From contig BCIN01000005.1 of assembly GCA_039545335.1 (NCBI GenBank), positions 372,001 to 436,000 of the forward strand: a stretch of 64,000 nt of DNA. Reading direction: 5' to 3'. A program made the position numbers and the translations under genes. A model generated the notes under the pieces. That model was not told the origin of the DNA. It ran no database searches and saw only the letters and a program-made list of their open reading frames with translations. The stretch comes from Kondoa subrosea (taxonomy: Eukaryota). Below are positions 35,655 to 52,437 of this stretch, one piece after another. The first letter of the stretch is position 1; each line of letters opens with the position of its first letter.

Positions 35655-38532
35655 TCATAAGTCTGGCGATGGCAGCTGTGCGAATGGCAGCGAATCAGTC
35701 GATGAGCCTGAACCGAGAGATGCGGTAGTGACCGAGGTGACAGATTTCGGCGAGAAAAGGTCTGCTGGAATTGGACTGACAGAAGGTGGTGCTTTGATTC
35801 GGACAGTGGATTGCGCAGGCTATTCCCGGATCTTAGATTGCGCTGTCTGGAGCTTCAGATTTGCAAGACGCACCTTGGTATGCTGGTGACAATAAAACAA
35901 CAGGAGGTTGTGTTCCGGCTCCAACTCGAGTTTGAGGTCCGATTGACGAGCACAAGTGACATGATATGCTCTCATGCTACATCGTGTATGAGGCGAGACA
36001 AGTGAATTAGTGCGCGACCAGCTCACCATTTCTTCCATTGACATTGAATAGCAGCACCTTTCATGGTCTTGCAATGATTGCACTTCAGGGAGAAACGAGC
36101 TTTCTGGACATCTAGAAGGCACTTCAGTATCGAATGGCTACTGGCAAGCAGAAATGATTACCATGAATATCTACCAGTCCATCCTCGTTGTTCACCTGAT
36201 CGCAACCTGGCATCCATTGTGCACAAAGGCCATGAACCTGTATTAGATCTCAGACCAGCAATCAAATGTCGATAAAGCAGTATTCACCCATTGATAATTC
36301 GAAGCCCTTCTGAAAGCTCCTTCCGTTTTAGGGCACAATGCACATTTCTGCTATAATTCAGCATGTCTTCAGTCTCGCGGCAAGTAAAGACTCACTATGT
36401 GCTTGTCTGGGGCGAACTTGCATTTCTGACAAAGCCAATCACCTGCGTGCTATCTCAGCAGAGTTCCCCTCATGCGAAGACGCTGCTTTATCTGACCTTC
36501 CGGTATTGTATCAATACCGTAACAAATTTGATGTACAGCTACGTCGCACTTCTCGCAGATGACAATCTGATTGCCATCTTCCCAAGACTCGTCGTCGCAA
36601 ATTGAACAAACTGTATCATCTTCGACTTCAATAGGATCTTCTGCTGATGTGACTGGTGTAAGAATAGTTTGAGAAGGATCTATAGAAAATAGGGAATCAT
36701 GTGAGGCAGATTGAAGAGGATTCGTTGATGAGGGTTCGATCTTCATCACTATTTCAACAGGAATCTCTGGTTCTGTTGCAGATACCTCATGACCGGGACT
36801 GGGGCCCATGTATTGTAAATCTTGCATAGATTGATCTTCTATCGGTTGTGTATCAAAATCACCGACAGAGGCCAGAGATGTTCTTTCCTCTTCTGGTGAG
36901 TGCGATGAAGCTGGCGCATCAATCGGTTCTTCAGCTTCTACTGCAGCTCCTGACTGATCATCAAGTTCAGGTTCAACTGATTCGATCCGTTCCTCAATTG
37001 TAATTTGCAAAGCGGGATGAGTGGAATCGAATGCACGAAACTTTTGCAAAGGTGTGAGTTTATCAGAAGGTACTGCTTCACTAGCAATAGCGAAGAAAGA
37101 TTCCATGCTGACGTAGCAGGAATTGCAAATGATGCCATTCCAATGAGCTGTTTCGTAATCGAGCGGATCATTACATGTTGAGCAATACTCTTCTGCTGAT
37201 AGAGGTGAAGGAGCAGGAAGTGTTGGTCGAGCTCGTTTGACTGTTGGACCTGAATTAGTTGGAGAAGGGACTTCTGATCGAGCTCGTTTTTTCGGATTCT
37301 CCTTGACTTGTTCGCTAGTCTTCCGTTTTCCAGACTTTGTGTACATTCTGCAGCATAAAGTACTCAGATCCGTCTACGTGTGTTATCTGCAGGCTTACTC
37401 TGGTGGTCGAGGTTTATTGTTGACCCGCTGATAGGTGTAGCAAGGGTAACACAAGCCCTTCGCGTGCACTGGTGCGGAGCCAGCACAATTGGAACAATGT
37501 TTGGCTCCATTAGTCCCGGATTGCTTGTCCTTGGTGACAGATTTAGGTAGTCCGGCCTTGCCGTTTTTCTTGAAAAGGCTGCTCGAATATCTCCATTGAA
37601 TGACAGATTCATGAAGATAGAGATAGGAACTGACTGTTCAGGTCTAGGAACTCCGTGCTGTTCTTGGTAGCGTCGACAAGTATTGCACAGCGACCTCTTC
37701 TGTGACTCTTTGGGTGCGCAACCACAATTCGAACACAAGCCAGATCCAGAGGCTTTAGGCGACGCTGCTTTCACATTGAGACGTAAAGGAGTATCAGCCG
37801 GTATAGGTGATTTTGAATGAGCAGAAGAAGCATTCGAGGTAGACGGATTAAGAGATTCTGAACATTGGGTTGGTGGAGATGATTGCTGTACAGCTTTCGC
37901 TTTCCTCCTAATCCGGCAATTAGCATGTCTATAGTCGGACATTTACTAAGAAGACTGACTTTGGTAAAATAGGATTGGCTTCTCTTCTCTGGATAATGTA
38001 ACAACCATGACAAAGCCCACTTTGATACTGAGAGGGACTATTCTTGCAAGACCAACAAAAGCCAGCAATCTCTACTTTCTTGAGGGTCTGTCTTCTAGAT
38101 TGCTGAGTTTCCACTACTTGTTCATCCTCTTCTCCTGTCGCTCTTTCCATGGGTAGAGTAGTAGTGGATGCTTCTTGCTGAGGGATAGGAATATCGTGTG
38201 AGGTCGAAGTAGATCTATCAGACCAGCTGTCAAACGAGAGACAAAAGGGTGAAGTTCATGAGGACGTACGCGACTGTTGCTCTTCTTTTGCCTTTAAGCT
38301 TCGGAGCACGTGTCGGCGATGCATTATCAAGCGTAGAAGCAGAAGTGGATCCAACAGGTAGTGACCGAGAGTGCAATAAAGGAGGAGCTGATTGAGGGAC
38401 AGCAGAAGTTGAAGCGGCTTGGACAGGCTCGTTTAGGATTGGTAGCAGATTGACTGTACCCAAGAAACAAGTACTGCAGTAACCTCCGACTGTGTTCATG
38501 CATTCCAGACTGCATTCAAGGCAAGGCGGCAT
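35655..38532 (-). CDS. PHD + zf-HC5HC2H (PZP-type) chromatin protein with N-terminal CxxC..CxxC repeats
   Basis: CSICDD.SWEDGNQIVICEKCDVAVHQICYGIDTIPEG.WLCQKC, later C.R.YHVTCA...FYCHQH. Five upstream four-Cys units. Confidence 0.75.
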
Positions 38533-38767
38533 GTTTCGATCAAAACACGCTTCCGAGCTGGATAGATGTAGGCAGTTGCTCCGCGAAAGGGCTCAGCAGT
38601 CAGGTATCTCTGCAATCTGGTATCACTTCCGCCGAAGCTTAAAGCGCATAATGTGCTTCTTGGGTTCGTGTTATCAAGTCAAGCCCGAAAGTGAATGTAC
38701 TGTAATCAAACGTAAAACTGCCCCTAATGTACCGCTGTCTCTAATCTATCCCTAGCTTGTAAAATCT

Positions 38768-40269
<1,502 letters not shown>

Positions 40270-40414
40270 TTAGAAATGAGTGTGCTGTAGGAGTTGACGC
40301 GAGAGAGAAGATGAGTTCTAGGCTGTTGCGAGACAAGCTTTGTTACCCGACAGCGAAGTGTCTGAAATCCGATACCGAGCTCGCGAATATACCCCCATAG
40401 TAGAGTCTTGTACC

Positions 40415-43400
40415 ATGTCCTCATCGAAAAGCAGCAAGAAGCATCGATTCGTCAACAAGATTCTCGGTCGACAGACGCTTAGGAGCACAGACGATGGTCC
40501 TTCAACTTTGAGCGCTGCCAATGGGGATGTAGGCATCTGCTTTGGCTGTTCTTTGATCCGTAGTAACCTCTGTTTAACGCAGACAATCGAAGAGCCTGTT
40601 GGTCATCTGCGCATACAGATCTTAGCTGCTAGACACTTAGAAGCCAAAGACCGCAATGGCAAGAGTGATCGTACGTCTCTCCAGTATTCAACATACTACA
40701 TCTCACGCTGCATAATAGCTTTCTTTCGGTTCAGAATCGCAAACACCGGAATACGTTTAGACAGCGAAGTCGTCAAAGCTTGTCTCTCGCCTGTATGGGG
40801 CACATTACCTCAAGGTCTACATGATACAGCTGGTCTGGAAACTAGCAAAAGCGCAAAAGAATTCGCTGTAGAAGTTCCAGTTTATCCTCATAGTGTCGCT
40901 CAAGCCAATTTCGAATGCGTGTATGTTACCTGACTATCGCGCGTAATCTCTCTCTCAAAGCTTGCTACTGCAGTTTCTGGGACAAGGATCGCTTGACGAA
41001 GAATGAGTAAGTTTTCGGCCTTTCAAGCGTCATGCGCCGATGAAAGTAATGCACGATGTTGCAGCTATTTAGGCGAAGTAACACTAGGACTGGAACAGTA
41101 AGTGAAAATCCCAGTCCGGATCTGCTACGGTCTAACGATTTTGGTGGTAGATGGTTCACTAAAACTCAAAACGGAAGTCTCCCGATATCTTTCCTTGATT
41201 CAGCAAATCAACCTAGATGGCATCATTTGCGAAGTTGCAGATCAGGTAAAGATGCATCAGGAGAAGTTCTGGTCAAAGTCGGTTTCGTATCTTCTCCGGC
41301 AAATTCAAGCAATGGTATATCGACCGAAAAGAAATCAACTGCTTCCCTTCTACCAGCTCCATTACCACTCTCAACTGAAAAGGAAAGGGAATTAGCTGGA
41401 ATTGTAGCTCATGCGTTGGAGCAGAAGAATATTCGCCATTCTTTAGCGGAACGTGTACTCGAAACAGATCCTACTCGAGGTGTTGGCACTGTCAAACTAG
41501 GCGATAAGCCCGATCTGGAACGAAGAACTTCGAGCATGTCTTCCATGGTAGACGATGACGACGATACAGATTTGGAATCTCTCGATGGAGACGACACAAG
41601 TACTGAAACCGATTCCTTCGTTGAAGCCTCTGAAGGGGAAGAAGATAATCAAGTTCTCAACCTGCCCAATACTTCGAAGTCAGATACTTCACGAACAGCT
41701 CCCAAGATTATTATTCCGACTGAAGAAAACCATATTCCAAGATCTAGTTCACCAGTTCAAGAAGATGATCTTCTAACACCCAAATGCGAAGAACCAACAC
41801 CAAGGGCTTTCCCTTCGTTTGAAGATACTCCACAAACACCAACAGTCGGACCAGCAGCTAAAACTTTTATGGATGCTCCAGCAACTAGACCTCCACCACC
41901 TAGTCGAAAACCTTCTTTAGGTATACCTACTTTCTTAAAGAGGAAAGACAGTTCAAAATCAGTCGCTTCTTCTTCAATGACTTCTGATGTTTCCGAAGTG
42001 GAATCCGCTACTTCTGACGCACCTTCAAGTCAAGGAGGAAGAAGAAAGAAAAGATTCGCTAAAATGAGAAGAAGCAATAAATCCGTTGAGAAATTAGCTA
42101 GTGAGGAAGGTTTAACGGATAATGAGATTGAATCTACTAAAAGAAAGGAGAAACGACGTGAAAGACGGAGGAGAAGACGAGAGGAAAGCAAGAGTTATCA
42201 TTTAGGTGGAAAGAATGATATTCTTGGTATCTGTTTCCTTGAAGTCAAAAGCGCTAGTGGTTTGCCGAGGTGGAAGAATGCTGCTAGAATAAGCTTTGAT
42301 ATGGAGTGAGTGCTTATCAAGTCAGCTTCCTTCCTGTATCGTACTGACACCTTTGACAGTCCATTTGTCATCATCAGTTTTGGGCAGAAAGTCTTTCGAA
42401 CGAGAGTTATCAGACACGACTTGAGTAGGTTGCGCCTTACTCAAAAGACGCATTGCCTAATACTATCTCAGACCCTGTCTTTGATGAGAAGATGTTCTTC
42501 CACGTACGCAAACACGAGGCTGGTTACAATGTGCAATTTTCTGTTTACGACTGGGACAAAGCGAGTAGCAAGTGAGTCAACAGCATCATGATGCGTCTGC
42601 TATCTGAGTGATTTTTCCTTTCCCGCTCACAGCGACCATGTTGGTGAAACTCTGCTTGATTTGTCTGGTCTGCTGGACAAAGCACCTAAAGCTGGTCAAG
42701 CTGGTCTTTATGAAACCAACAAGGATGGCTTCTTAAAGAGCGACTTTGCCGATCTCAAGCTACCTATCACCATTGGTAAACCTACAGAGCAAGAAAAGGG
42801 CAAGAATGCGGAATTGACTATTCGAGCGAAATTTGTTCCTTACGCTGCTTTGCGTCAGCAATTCTGGCGTCAGTATGCGAAGCAGTTCGATACCGATTCC
42901 AAAGGCACCTTCAGCGATATCGAGATGTTTGCCATGCTGGATTCTCTAGGCTCGACCTTGAGCAGAAAGACCACCGACAGTTTCTTTTCTCGTTACGGCA
43001 AATCTACTTCCGATTCTTTGACCATGGATGAACTAGTCGCCTGTCTAGAGGACGAAGCTATGAAGCACGCTGATCGAGTCACCGATACTTCAGTTACTGC
43101 TCCGCCTTCTGGCGCTACAACTCCTGCAACCTCTTTACAGGACAATCAAGGCGGTTTGGGCTTTACTGGCAGTCATTCAGCAAATCCAGCTCATAACGAT
43201 GGTCTGATTCCTACTATCACACCTGCTGGAACAGCTCCATCCGGTCTGGCACTGGAAGGCAGCAAAGATGTTCCTATCGGACCAGCACCTGGTCAAGCTC
43301 AAATGCAGAAAGAAACTGACGAAGAGGAAGAAGAAAGTACTTCGTCCGATGTTGAGCGTGTCATCAGTATCAAGAGCTGTCCTCTCTGTCACAAGCCTCG

Positions 43401-45204
43401 AATGGGTCAAAAGTCAGAAGTCGATATCATTACACACTTGGCGATTTGCGCAAGCCAAGATTGGAGTCGCTTCGATTCATTAATGGTCAGTAACTTTGTT
43501 ACTTCAAGTCAAGCGCAACGCAAGTGGCTAGGCAAATTGGTATCGAGAGGTGAGCAGCAATATGATACAGGGGAATTCTGCCTGATGTGATCAATCATTG
43601 CCTTTCAGTCACCAAGGGCGTGTACCAACTCGGAGCCGACAGCTCGAATATACTGGTGCAAAATCGCTTGACTGGTCAGCTACAAGAGGAAAAGATGCAA
43701 GTTTATGTTCGACTCGGTATTCGTTTGGGTTATCGAGGGTGAGCGCTTACCCGACAACGATCAGTCGTGGCTAATGCTCGTATAAAGCATGACTGGTGTT
43801 GCCGAAAGTGATCGAAGTAAGGCTACATTCGATTGTTGGACTTACACTGACGATTGGCAAATAGTCAAGAAGCTTTTCAAGTCAATGACCCTCAAGCAAG
43901 GACTCAAATACAACTCTGAAGAGTCTGCAGCAGAGATTCCAACCTTCATTGCTTTCCATGGTCTGGATATGGGAGAAGTCAGAGAACCGCTCGACAGTTT
44001 CAGTAGGTGGCTTTTTCGAAGGTCCCGACAATGCGCTCACATGCGATATAGAAACCTTTAATCAATTCTTTTACCGTCAACTGAAAGAAGGAGCAAGACC
44101 TGCAGCTAATCCAGGGGATGACAAAACGCTCGTTAGCTGTGCTGAGTGAGTCAAACTGCCTTTCGGCATCAATCAGCTGATGTTTCCTGCTATGTAGTTG
44201 TCGAATGATGGTCTTCCCTACAGTCCAAGATGCTACTCGAATATGGATCAAGGGTACCGATTTCTCCGTTTCGAATCTGCTAGGACCGAACTACGCAAGT
44301 GAAGCGAAGAAATACGATGGAGGAGCTTTAGCTATTTTCAGGCTTGCGCCGCAGGATTATCATGTCAGTGTTGATACCTGCTACAGGCGTGTTCTACTAA
44401 AAGAGTTTTGTGCACAGCGGTATCATGTAGATATTTGCCGTACCTTGTATTCTTCCGCTGACTTACTACCAGTCGCCTGTTGCTGGCACAATTGGTCAAT
44501 GCACGATGATTCCTGGACATTACTATACCGTGAGTGTTGCTTCTCAATAGCAGCAACATTCGCTCATGTCTATGCTTCTTGACTGCCATAGGTTAATCCA
44601 ATTGCAATTCGCTCTAGAATGGGTCAGTGCGCACTTTTGCGAGCGAGAATAACAACTTATTCAGTTTTTTTTGTGGATGTCAGATATGTAAGTCTGACAC
44701 CTTCGGCTGCTCTTCGGTACTCAAATCGCTCGCCAGATATGGAATTAACGCTAGAGAGATCGTTCCTATCGATTCTAAGGAGTTTGGGCGAGTGTTCAAC
44801 GTTTGCGTTGGTGCCATGTGAGTATCTTATTGGAATGATCTTTCTTTGACTGAACCCTAACAAAGGTTGGTCGGTTCAATCAAGCGAACAATGAAGGAAG
44901 GCGAATACGTCAATCGAGCAGATGAATACGGGTGAGTCGTTTCTCTCTGTCCTGCATTCGGCCATTTCTCATGTCTTTGTTCTCTTTAATTACAGATACT
45001 TTGCTTTCGGCGGCAGTACTATTGTCTGCTTATTCGAGCCAAACACTGTCAAATTCGACCCGGATCTTGTCGAGAACTCAAACAGGTGAGCTCTCTTCCA
45101 ATTTCCTAATTTCTGCCTGTTTTCTTCGCTAACGCTCGCATATTCTTCTCAGGGCAATCGAAACGCTCGTTCGAGTAGGCATGCAGATCGGCAAACGCAT
45201 CTAG
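40415..45204 (+). CDS. PSD2: Phosphatidylserine decarboxylase 2 with C2 domains
   Basis: C2 domain ([29 protein letters not shown]), [44 protein letters not shown] autocleavage motif. Confidence 0.93.
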
Positions 45205-45378
45205 AGGTCGTCTGCCGGACCGTCGCACTATGGACTCTTTCTTCTCCTTCATTGGGACATTGATGTAACTTAAAGATAACCTAGCATCAATATACGAAGC
45301 TCTCATCAGCAGAACACAATGTGTTTGCTCTTCGACGCGCTTTTACCTACTTTTGTTGCTTTTTGACCAATTTCAGCC

Positions 45379-46897
45379 ATGTCATCCGCAGACGTGAAGA
45401 AAGATCGAAGGAAAGACGTGAGCTTACAAAAGTAGACCAGCGGTATTGAAGAGACTCTCTGAGACAAGAAAGACACAGTTCTTAGCTGTTTGGCCTTCAA
45501 TCCGAGATGAAGTGCTCGTGCATTTGGAAGAGATCAAGATGCCTGGCGAAGCTAGAGACTGGTTCAAACGGGTCAGCCTGCATCTTATACAGTTTGGTGT
45601 ACATGCCAATTGCATAGGAATGTTGGATGACAGAATTTGGACACCAACACGCCTGGAGGTGAAGCCCTCTCATTCGCTCAATAGAACGTAACAGGCTCAT
45701 GTGAATGGATTTAGGCAAGCTCAACAGAGGCATGTCGGTAGTGGATACTGTAGAAATCCTCAAAGGCTCAGAATTGACCGACGCGGAATACATGAAGGCT
45801 GCTATTTTAGGCTGGTGTATCGAGCTGGTTTGTCTTCGTTCTTTGCTGTATACATGCTGCTAGCTGATGTCAATCACATTCTAGCTCCAAGCATATTTCT
45901 TGGTAGCGGACGATATGATGGATCAATCTATTACGAGAAGAGGACAGCCATGCTGGTACAGAGTGGTCAGTGGTGCTGGATAAAGGTCTTCTGGTAGACT
46001 CAGATCTTCGCATTGACTGACAGGAAGGTGTTGGCAACATTGCGATCAACGACGCTTTCATGCTCGAGGGCGCCATCTATTTCTTACTCAAGAAGCACTT
46101 CCGAAAAGAGTCATACTATGTCGATTTACTGGAGCTCTTCCATGATGTAGGTTTCGGTGTCATGTTTGCACTTCTTGCATCATTGAAACGAGCAATTCTA
46201 CAGGTCACGTATCAAACGGAATTGGGGCAATTGATTGATTTGATCACCGCACCAGAAGATCACGTAGATCTGTCAAAATTCTCGCTCGAAAAGTAAGGGT
46301 CTTGATTCAAGTTCCTTCTGAGGATTTTCGAATTCAGGCCTTTTACAGGCATCATCTCATCGTAGTGTACAAGACTGCTTTCTACTCCTTCTATCTACCC
46401 GTAGCTCTAGCTTTCCGCATGTTTGGTATTGACTCCGAAGCTGCCTATTCCACCGCTCTAGACATTTTGGTGCCCATGGGCGAATATTTCCAGATTCAAG
46501 ATGATTACTTGGATTGTTATGGAGACCCAAGCGTGATTGGTAAAATTGGGACCGACATTCTGGATAACAAGTGTTCTTGGAACATCAACATAGCTTTGCA
46601 GCATGCAAGTGCGGAACAAAGAAAAGTTTTGGATGAGAATTATGGAAACAAAAAGAGTGAAGGAGCTGAAGAGAAAGTGAAACAAGTCTTCAAGGAGTTG
46701 GATATTGCTGGACGATTTGAAAAGTACGAAGCGGAGTCATACAAGAAGTTGACAAGCTTGATTAATGCGGTTGATGAGTCTTCGGGAGTGAAGAAGGAGG
46801 TTTACACTACCTTCTTGAACAAGGTAAGCGCATTTGCGGTCGCACAATATCCCAAGTTGAAGGAATGCTTCGTCAGGTCTACAAAAGGCAGAAATAA
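45379..46897 (+). CDS. ERG20: Farnesyl pyrophosphate synthase
   Basis: [77 protein letters not shown]. Confidence 0.95.
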
Positions 46898-47149
46898 TTA
46901 TGCATAGATCATTAGCTGGGTATAATAGGAACGCAGGTGGACTAATACGAATCAACCTTGGCACAAATGACCTATCCAGTGACTTCTCTATCTAATTCTT
47001 ATTTTCATCTCGTTTGTTATCAAACGCAAAGATATAATGCATAGATCACGGTAATGAGGTAGAGCGATACAAACCAGGCCGGGCACATACAGTCAAAATC
47101 TTTCCCCTTCTCGAAGTTGTTCGATGATCTTCTTCCATTTGCATGCAAT

Positions 47150-48223
47150 TCAAGCCAGACCAACAGTCTTCATCAAATTAGTCAATAGACCAGGTTGTTC
47201 AGGAGCATCTCTTCCATCTTCACTCTTGGCTCCGTCATTGGCTTCTTCAGCTTTCTTCTTGGCTTCGAGAACTTCAGTTCCAGCTTTGTTGCTCTTCTCG
47301 TCCACTATTTCAATTTGCTTTGAGTGCGTCACTGTGCGGAGGCCATAGATGGGACTTACAGATAGCTTGACGACGAGCTTCGTGCTGCTTCATATCAGCA
47401 TCGATATCTTCTTTAGTTGGTCTGAGAAATCGAACACAGTCGTAAGCACGACATTGTGCCGGACGAGAGTATTGACTCACTTCTCAGCAAAGAACTTCTC
47501 ATGCTCCGTAATACCAGGTTGTGCAGCCTGAGGCAGACTAGCTTCCATCTGAGCTTCAGCGCTGACTTTGGTAGCATCGAAAGTAGGTGGTAGGTGATGT
47601 TCTTCCTGATAAGCTGCCTGTATGTCACACAAAGCTGGAAATCAATACGAGATTGATCCTGAGCTTTGCTACATACCTTCTTTGCTTCTTTCTCAGCGAG
47701 ATCAGCTTCGATAGCCTCTTTAGTCAATCTATGCGGGAAACGCAACTTTATCAGCCAGAGCTGAAAGAGCTACCTCGCCCACGCACTCTTTAGATCCATG
47801 CTACAGATCACAGATTAGCCAAGTTCATCTCAAAGCGGTGCTTTCATGACTAACCTGTTGTCTATGTTCTTCCAATTTCGCAGCAATATGAGCAGGAGGT
47901 GCAGGTAAAGGAGCATCCAAAGTATCCAATGCAGCAGCTTTCTCACTTGCAGTCGAATCATTAATAGGAGTTTCGACTTTCGCTACACCCGTTGGAACAA
48001 CATCATCTTTGACTGGTACGACTGCAGGAGTCTGTTCAGAAGCTGGTAATGGATCTGGCGCAGTGGTCGGAGCAGTGGTAGGTTCGTCTTTGCCTGAGAT
48101 AGGGAAGGAGGAATGAGCGTCATAAACCACAAGAACGCGGGAAGGCAAGGCAAACTAACTCTTCTTGTCGTGGTGCATCACGTCATGCATCTTACTCTTC
48201 ATCTTATCTGCGAATCCTGGCAT
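47150..48223 (-). CDS. Hypothetical hydrophilic protein
   Basis: MPGFADKMKSKMHDVMHHDKK start, several GT-AG introns, Ala/Lys/Glu/Pro-rich exons, ends LLTNLMKTVGLA. Confidence 0.55.
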
Positions 48224-48541
48224 CTTGGCTAGTCTGGTGGTTGAAGACAACTTCTTGCTTGTAAATCATTCGAAGTGCACGAAGTTATGCAAGGCCCTAG
48301 TTGAAGCAGCAATACCGAATTCTAATGTACCAGACGAAACTCTCTGAGGAGCAAGAGCTCGAGGGTACTATTTCACCGCGTCTGCCTAAGTGCCTTCATA
48401 GTAAGATGCCCATTCTCTCTCTTTGCTCTGACACATTTCCCCCTGTCTGCTTTCAAGAGCGGAGTAGACGAGCTCAATTGAAATTGCGATCAGAAGGCTT
48501 TGTGTCACCGATCCATTTTATGCCATGCGATTATCTTCCGC

Positions 48542-49575
<1,034 letters not shown>

Positions 49576-50500
49576 GTTTAGTACTGTCTGTAAGCTTTCC
49601 TGTCTTCTGGGATCACACGCTTGTTTCGCGCTTCTGCTTGAGAATGAGAAATGTAATGGAAGGCACCAAAAGCTACAGCAACGATTCCGAGACTGCATAT
49701 GCCCAGTCAGTTACAAGTCTGAACAGTGAAGCTGATGATTCTCACAAGAGCAAAGGGTTAGGTGCTCGCGATTTGGGTGTTGGCATGCAAACAAGTCGTG
49801 TTTCGTGTTTCTTGTCGTGAACGATGATACATTGTTCACATGGTTCCTTCCCTATTATGCTGCTTCTGTTCGTTTGTACATCTCGTAACCAATCCTATGA
49901 AGTGTCTATTTCTTTGACCGATCAGTCCAACCGCCTGTGCTTTCTCGATCACTTTTTTCTATGCTTGTGCTTGATTGTTTCTTCCTATGCTGACTGTATG
50001 CACGAGCTCGTCTGCGCTTGACTCGCGATCAGCAAGAAGTCCGGAGCCTTACACAGACGAGAAACTACGGCAGGAAGCTTACAAGCACCGAGCAACGAAT
50101 TACTGCCACGGGCCGGCTTGAAGATCTGTACAGACCTTATACAGTACATTGTATCAAGTGTCAGATCGTCAAGGCAAAGCCTGGCGTACGCTAGCATGTT
50201 TCGCGCTACCAACGCATGAACTAGATTGATACCTTGTGGAGTACGGCAGTTGGCGATCAGCAAATAGCCAAGACTCTCCTTTCCGCGAAGAAGATGGGAT
50301 TTTTAATTAAATCCGCTTGATCCTCTTTGCATGGTTCGCGCTTCTTCCTATGTAATCGCGTTTTTTCTCTCTTTGGCAAAAGACGCCTCCTTGTCTGTCG
50401 ATTGATTTGTTAAATTGATTGTTGTCGTTCTTTCCAACTGCTTTCTTTTACTATCGTATCACTCTCTCTCTTCACTCTATCAAGCATATAACACCTTCAA

Positions 50501-52209
50501 ATGCCTTACATTCCACTCAGCTCTTCGTAAGTTACTCTTGCGGTACTGGATTGCACTGCTCATCTTGTAACAGGGACATGGTCTTCTACTACAAAGTGTC
50601 ATCACCGTATGTTATCAATTACATGTCAAAGCGTTCCAATTTTATGCTGATCTTATCGTATAGAGATGGAGAAACGCTCGACCCCGCAAAAGAGTCGATC
50701 TTATTCCTTCACCCTGGCACAGTCAGTCCATATATCATCTTCATCTATTACACACATTGAGCTGATGATGCCTTTCGAAACTAGACTTCTTCGGTGAGTT
50801 ATACGAATCACATGTAATTTTTCAAAAGAATCTGATCTGATGAGAATGTTTTAGGATTATTTTGATGCTCAATTCGCCGATAGAAGGTTCACTGATAACT
50901 ACAACTTGATCGCTTTCGATGCAAGAGCTCATGGGAAAACTGTTGGTACACCAATTGTGGAAGTGACTTTGGAAAGGAAAGCTAGATGTTTGCTTGAAGC
51001 TTGGGGGAAACTCAAATTCCCTGCTGTGCATATCTATGGTCTGTCTACCCGTCCTTGTCAGATTTCATTGTCCAAATACTGACACCAACGGACAGGCGAA
51101 AGTTTCTGTGGTTGCGTTGTAGCCAAGTATCTGGCAATCCTTCGACCTGAGCTGGTCAAAAGTCTCGTCTTATGCAGTCCTTTGTTTGGCGAAGAGTGAG
51201 CTTGTTTCACCCTACGACCGATGGTACTGAGAATTAAGGACTCTTTCAGAACTCCACAGAATCGGAATATCTACAAGCGGGTACGAGCGTTAATGCTCGA
51301 AAACAAGGGACAAGGAGATATGGTCAGTCTTATCCTTCGCTTGCCTAAAGAATGATGCTGACCATTCTTTTGCAGAGCGGATCTTTTTCGCCTGATGTAC
51401 TGCGAACCATCTCGACAGTATGGCAAGGCGAATATACTAGCCCAGTGCAGAAGCAGAAGTACGGTCAAAGTCAGTCTGCCAAGTCTATCTGTATAACTGA
51501 TCATTACTGATTCAGGGAAGCAGAATTCGTTACTAGATATGGGCCAGGTCATACAAGTGACGAAGTACTAGAGGTATGTCTTTGATCTCCTCGTCTGGGC
51601 CGATCTTGTCTGAAGATTCTTTTGACAGCTCTTAAACCCTCTGATCGATCGACAACCTATGCCTGATCGCTTATTAGAGGAGATTACATGTATGCCTCCT
51701 TTGTTCTAGTGAAAGAACTTCATACTGAACCTGGATCTTAGGTCCAGTACTGATTCTAAGAGGGACTGAAGATATGGCAGCTTCGCTCGAATCAGTTGAA
51801 AGTTTGCATGAGAAGCTCATTAATGGTTAGTACTGCTATTTGCAATATGCATCAGTCGATATTGACGATCTGATCTTGTTCACAGTAGCGCACTGCTCCT
51901 TCAATGAAATTCGTGAGCACTCCACTAATCTTCATAAATGTGGCACTTACGTTTTTCAACTCCGTATTAGATGGTGGACCACATTTCTTATCCCTCTGCA
52001 TGCCCAACGTGAGCTTTCTTTCGGCATCAAATTTCGCCAGACACCTGACAAGACCTTTTAAAAAACAGATCATCTCCCGCTTCATTCTTCGTTTCCTAGT
52101 CAATGTGCAGCAAGTAGAAGAACAGAAGAAGATAGAAGAAGCGCAACAGCGTATGGCAGCGCAAAAATCTCACAAGAAACGATTCCTTGGTTTACCTGGT
52201 ATCAGATAG
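50501..52209 (+). CDS. Alpha/beta-hydrolase fold protein
   Basis: Many exons. ILFLHP, HIYGESFCG nucleophile-elbow-like motif followed by RPELVKSLVL, PVLIL.G.ED, GPHFL. Confidence 0.65.
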
Positions 52210-52437
52210 GAAGAAGAAACTTATCTATTCCTTCATATAGCTACATACACACGCTCTTCCAAACTTTGCATCAATCATGTTTAGACAGTTCAATACAGTC
52301 CAGGGTATATTCTCAGAGGTTATAGATCAGGGTCTTCTAGGGTTGTAGAGTAATGCAATAACCTTGTAACTTTCTTTCCAATGCATTATGCAAAATATGT
52401 TTCTCAATTCTAATGCCCATGCCCACCTCCTGAAAGA

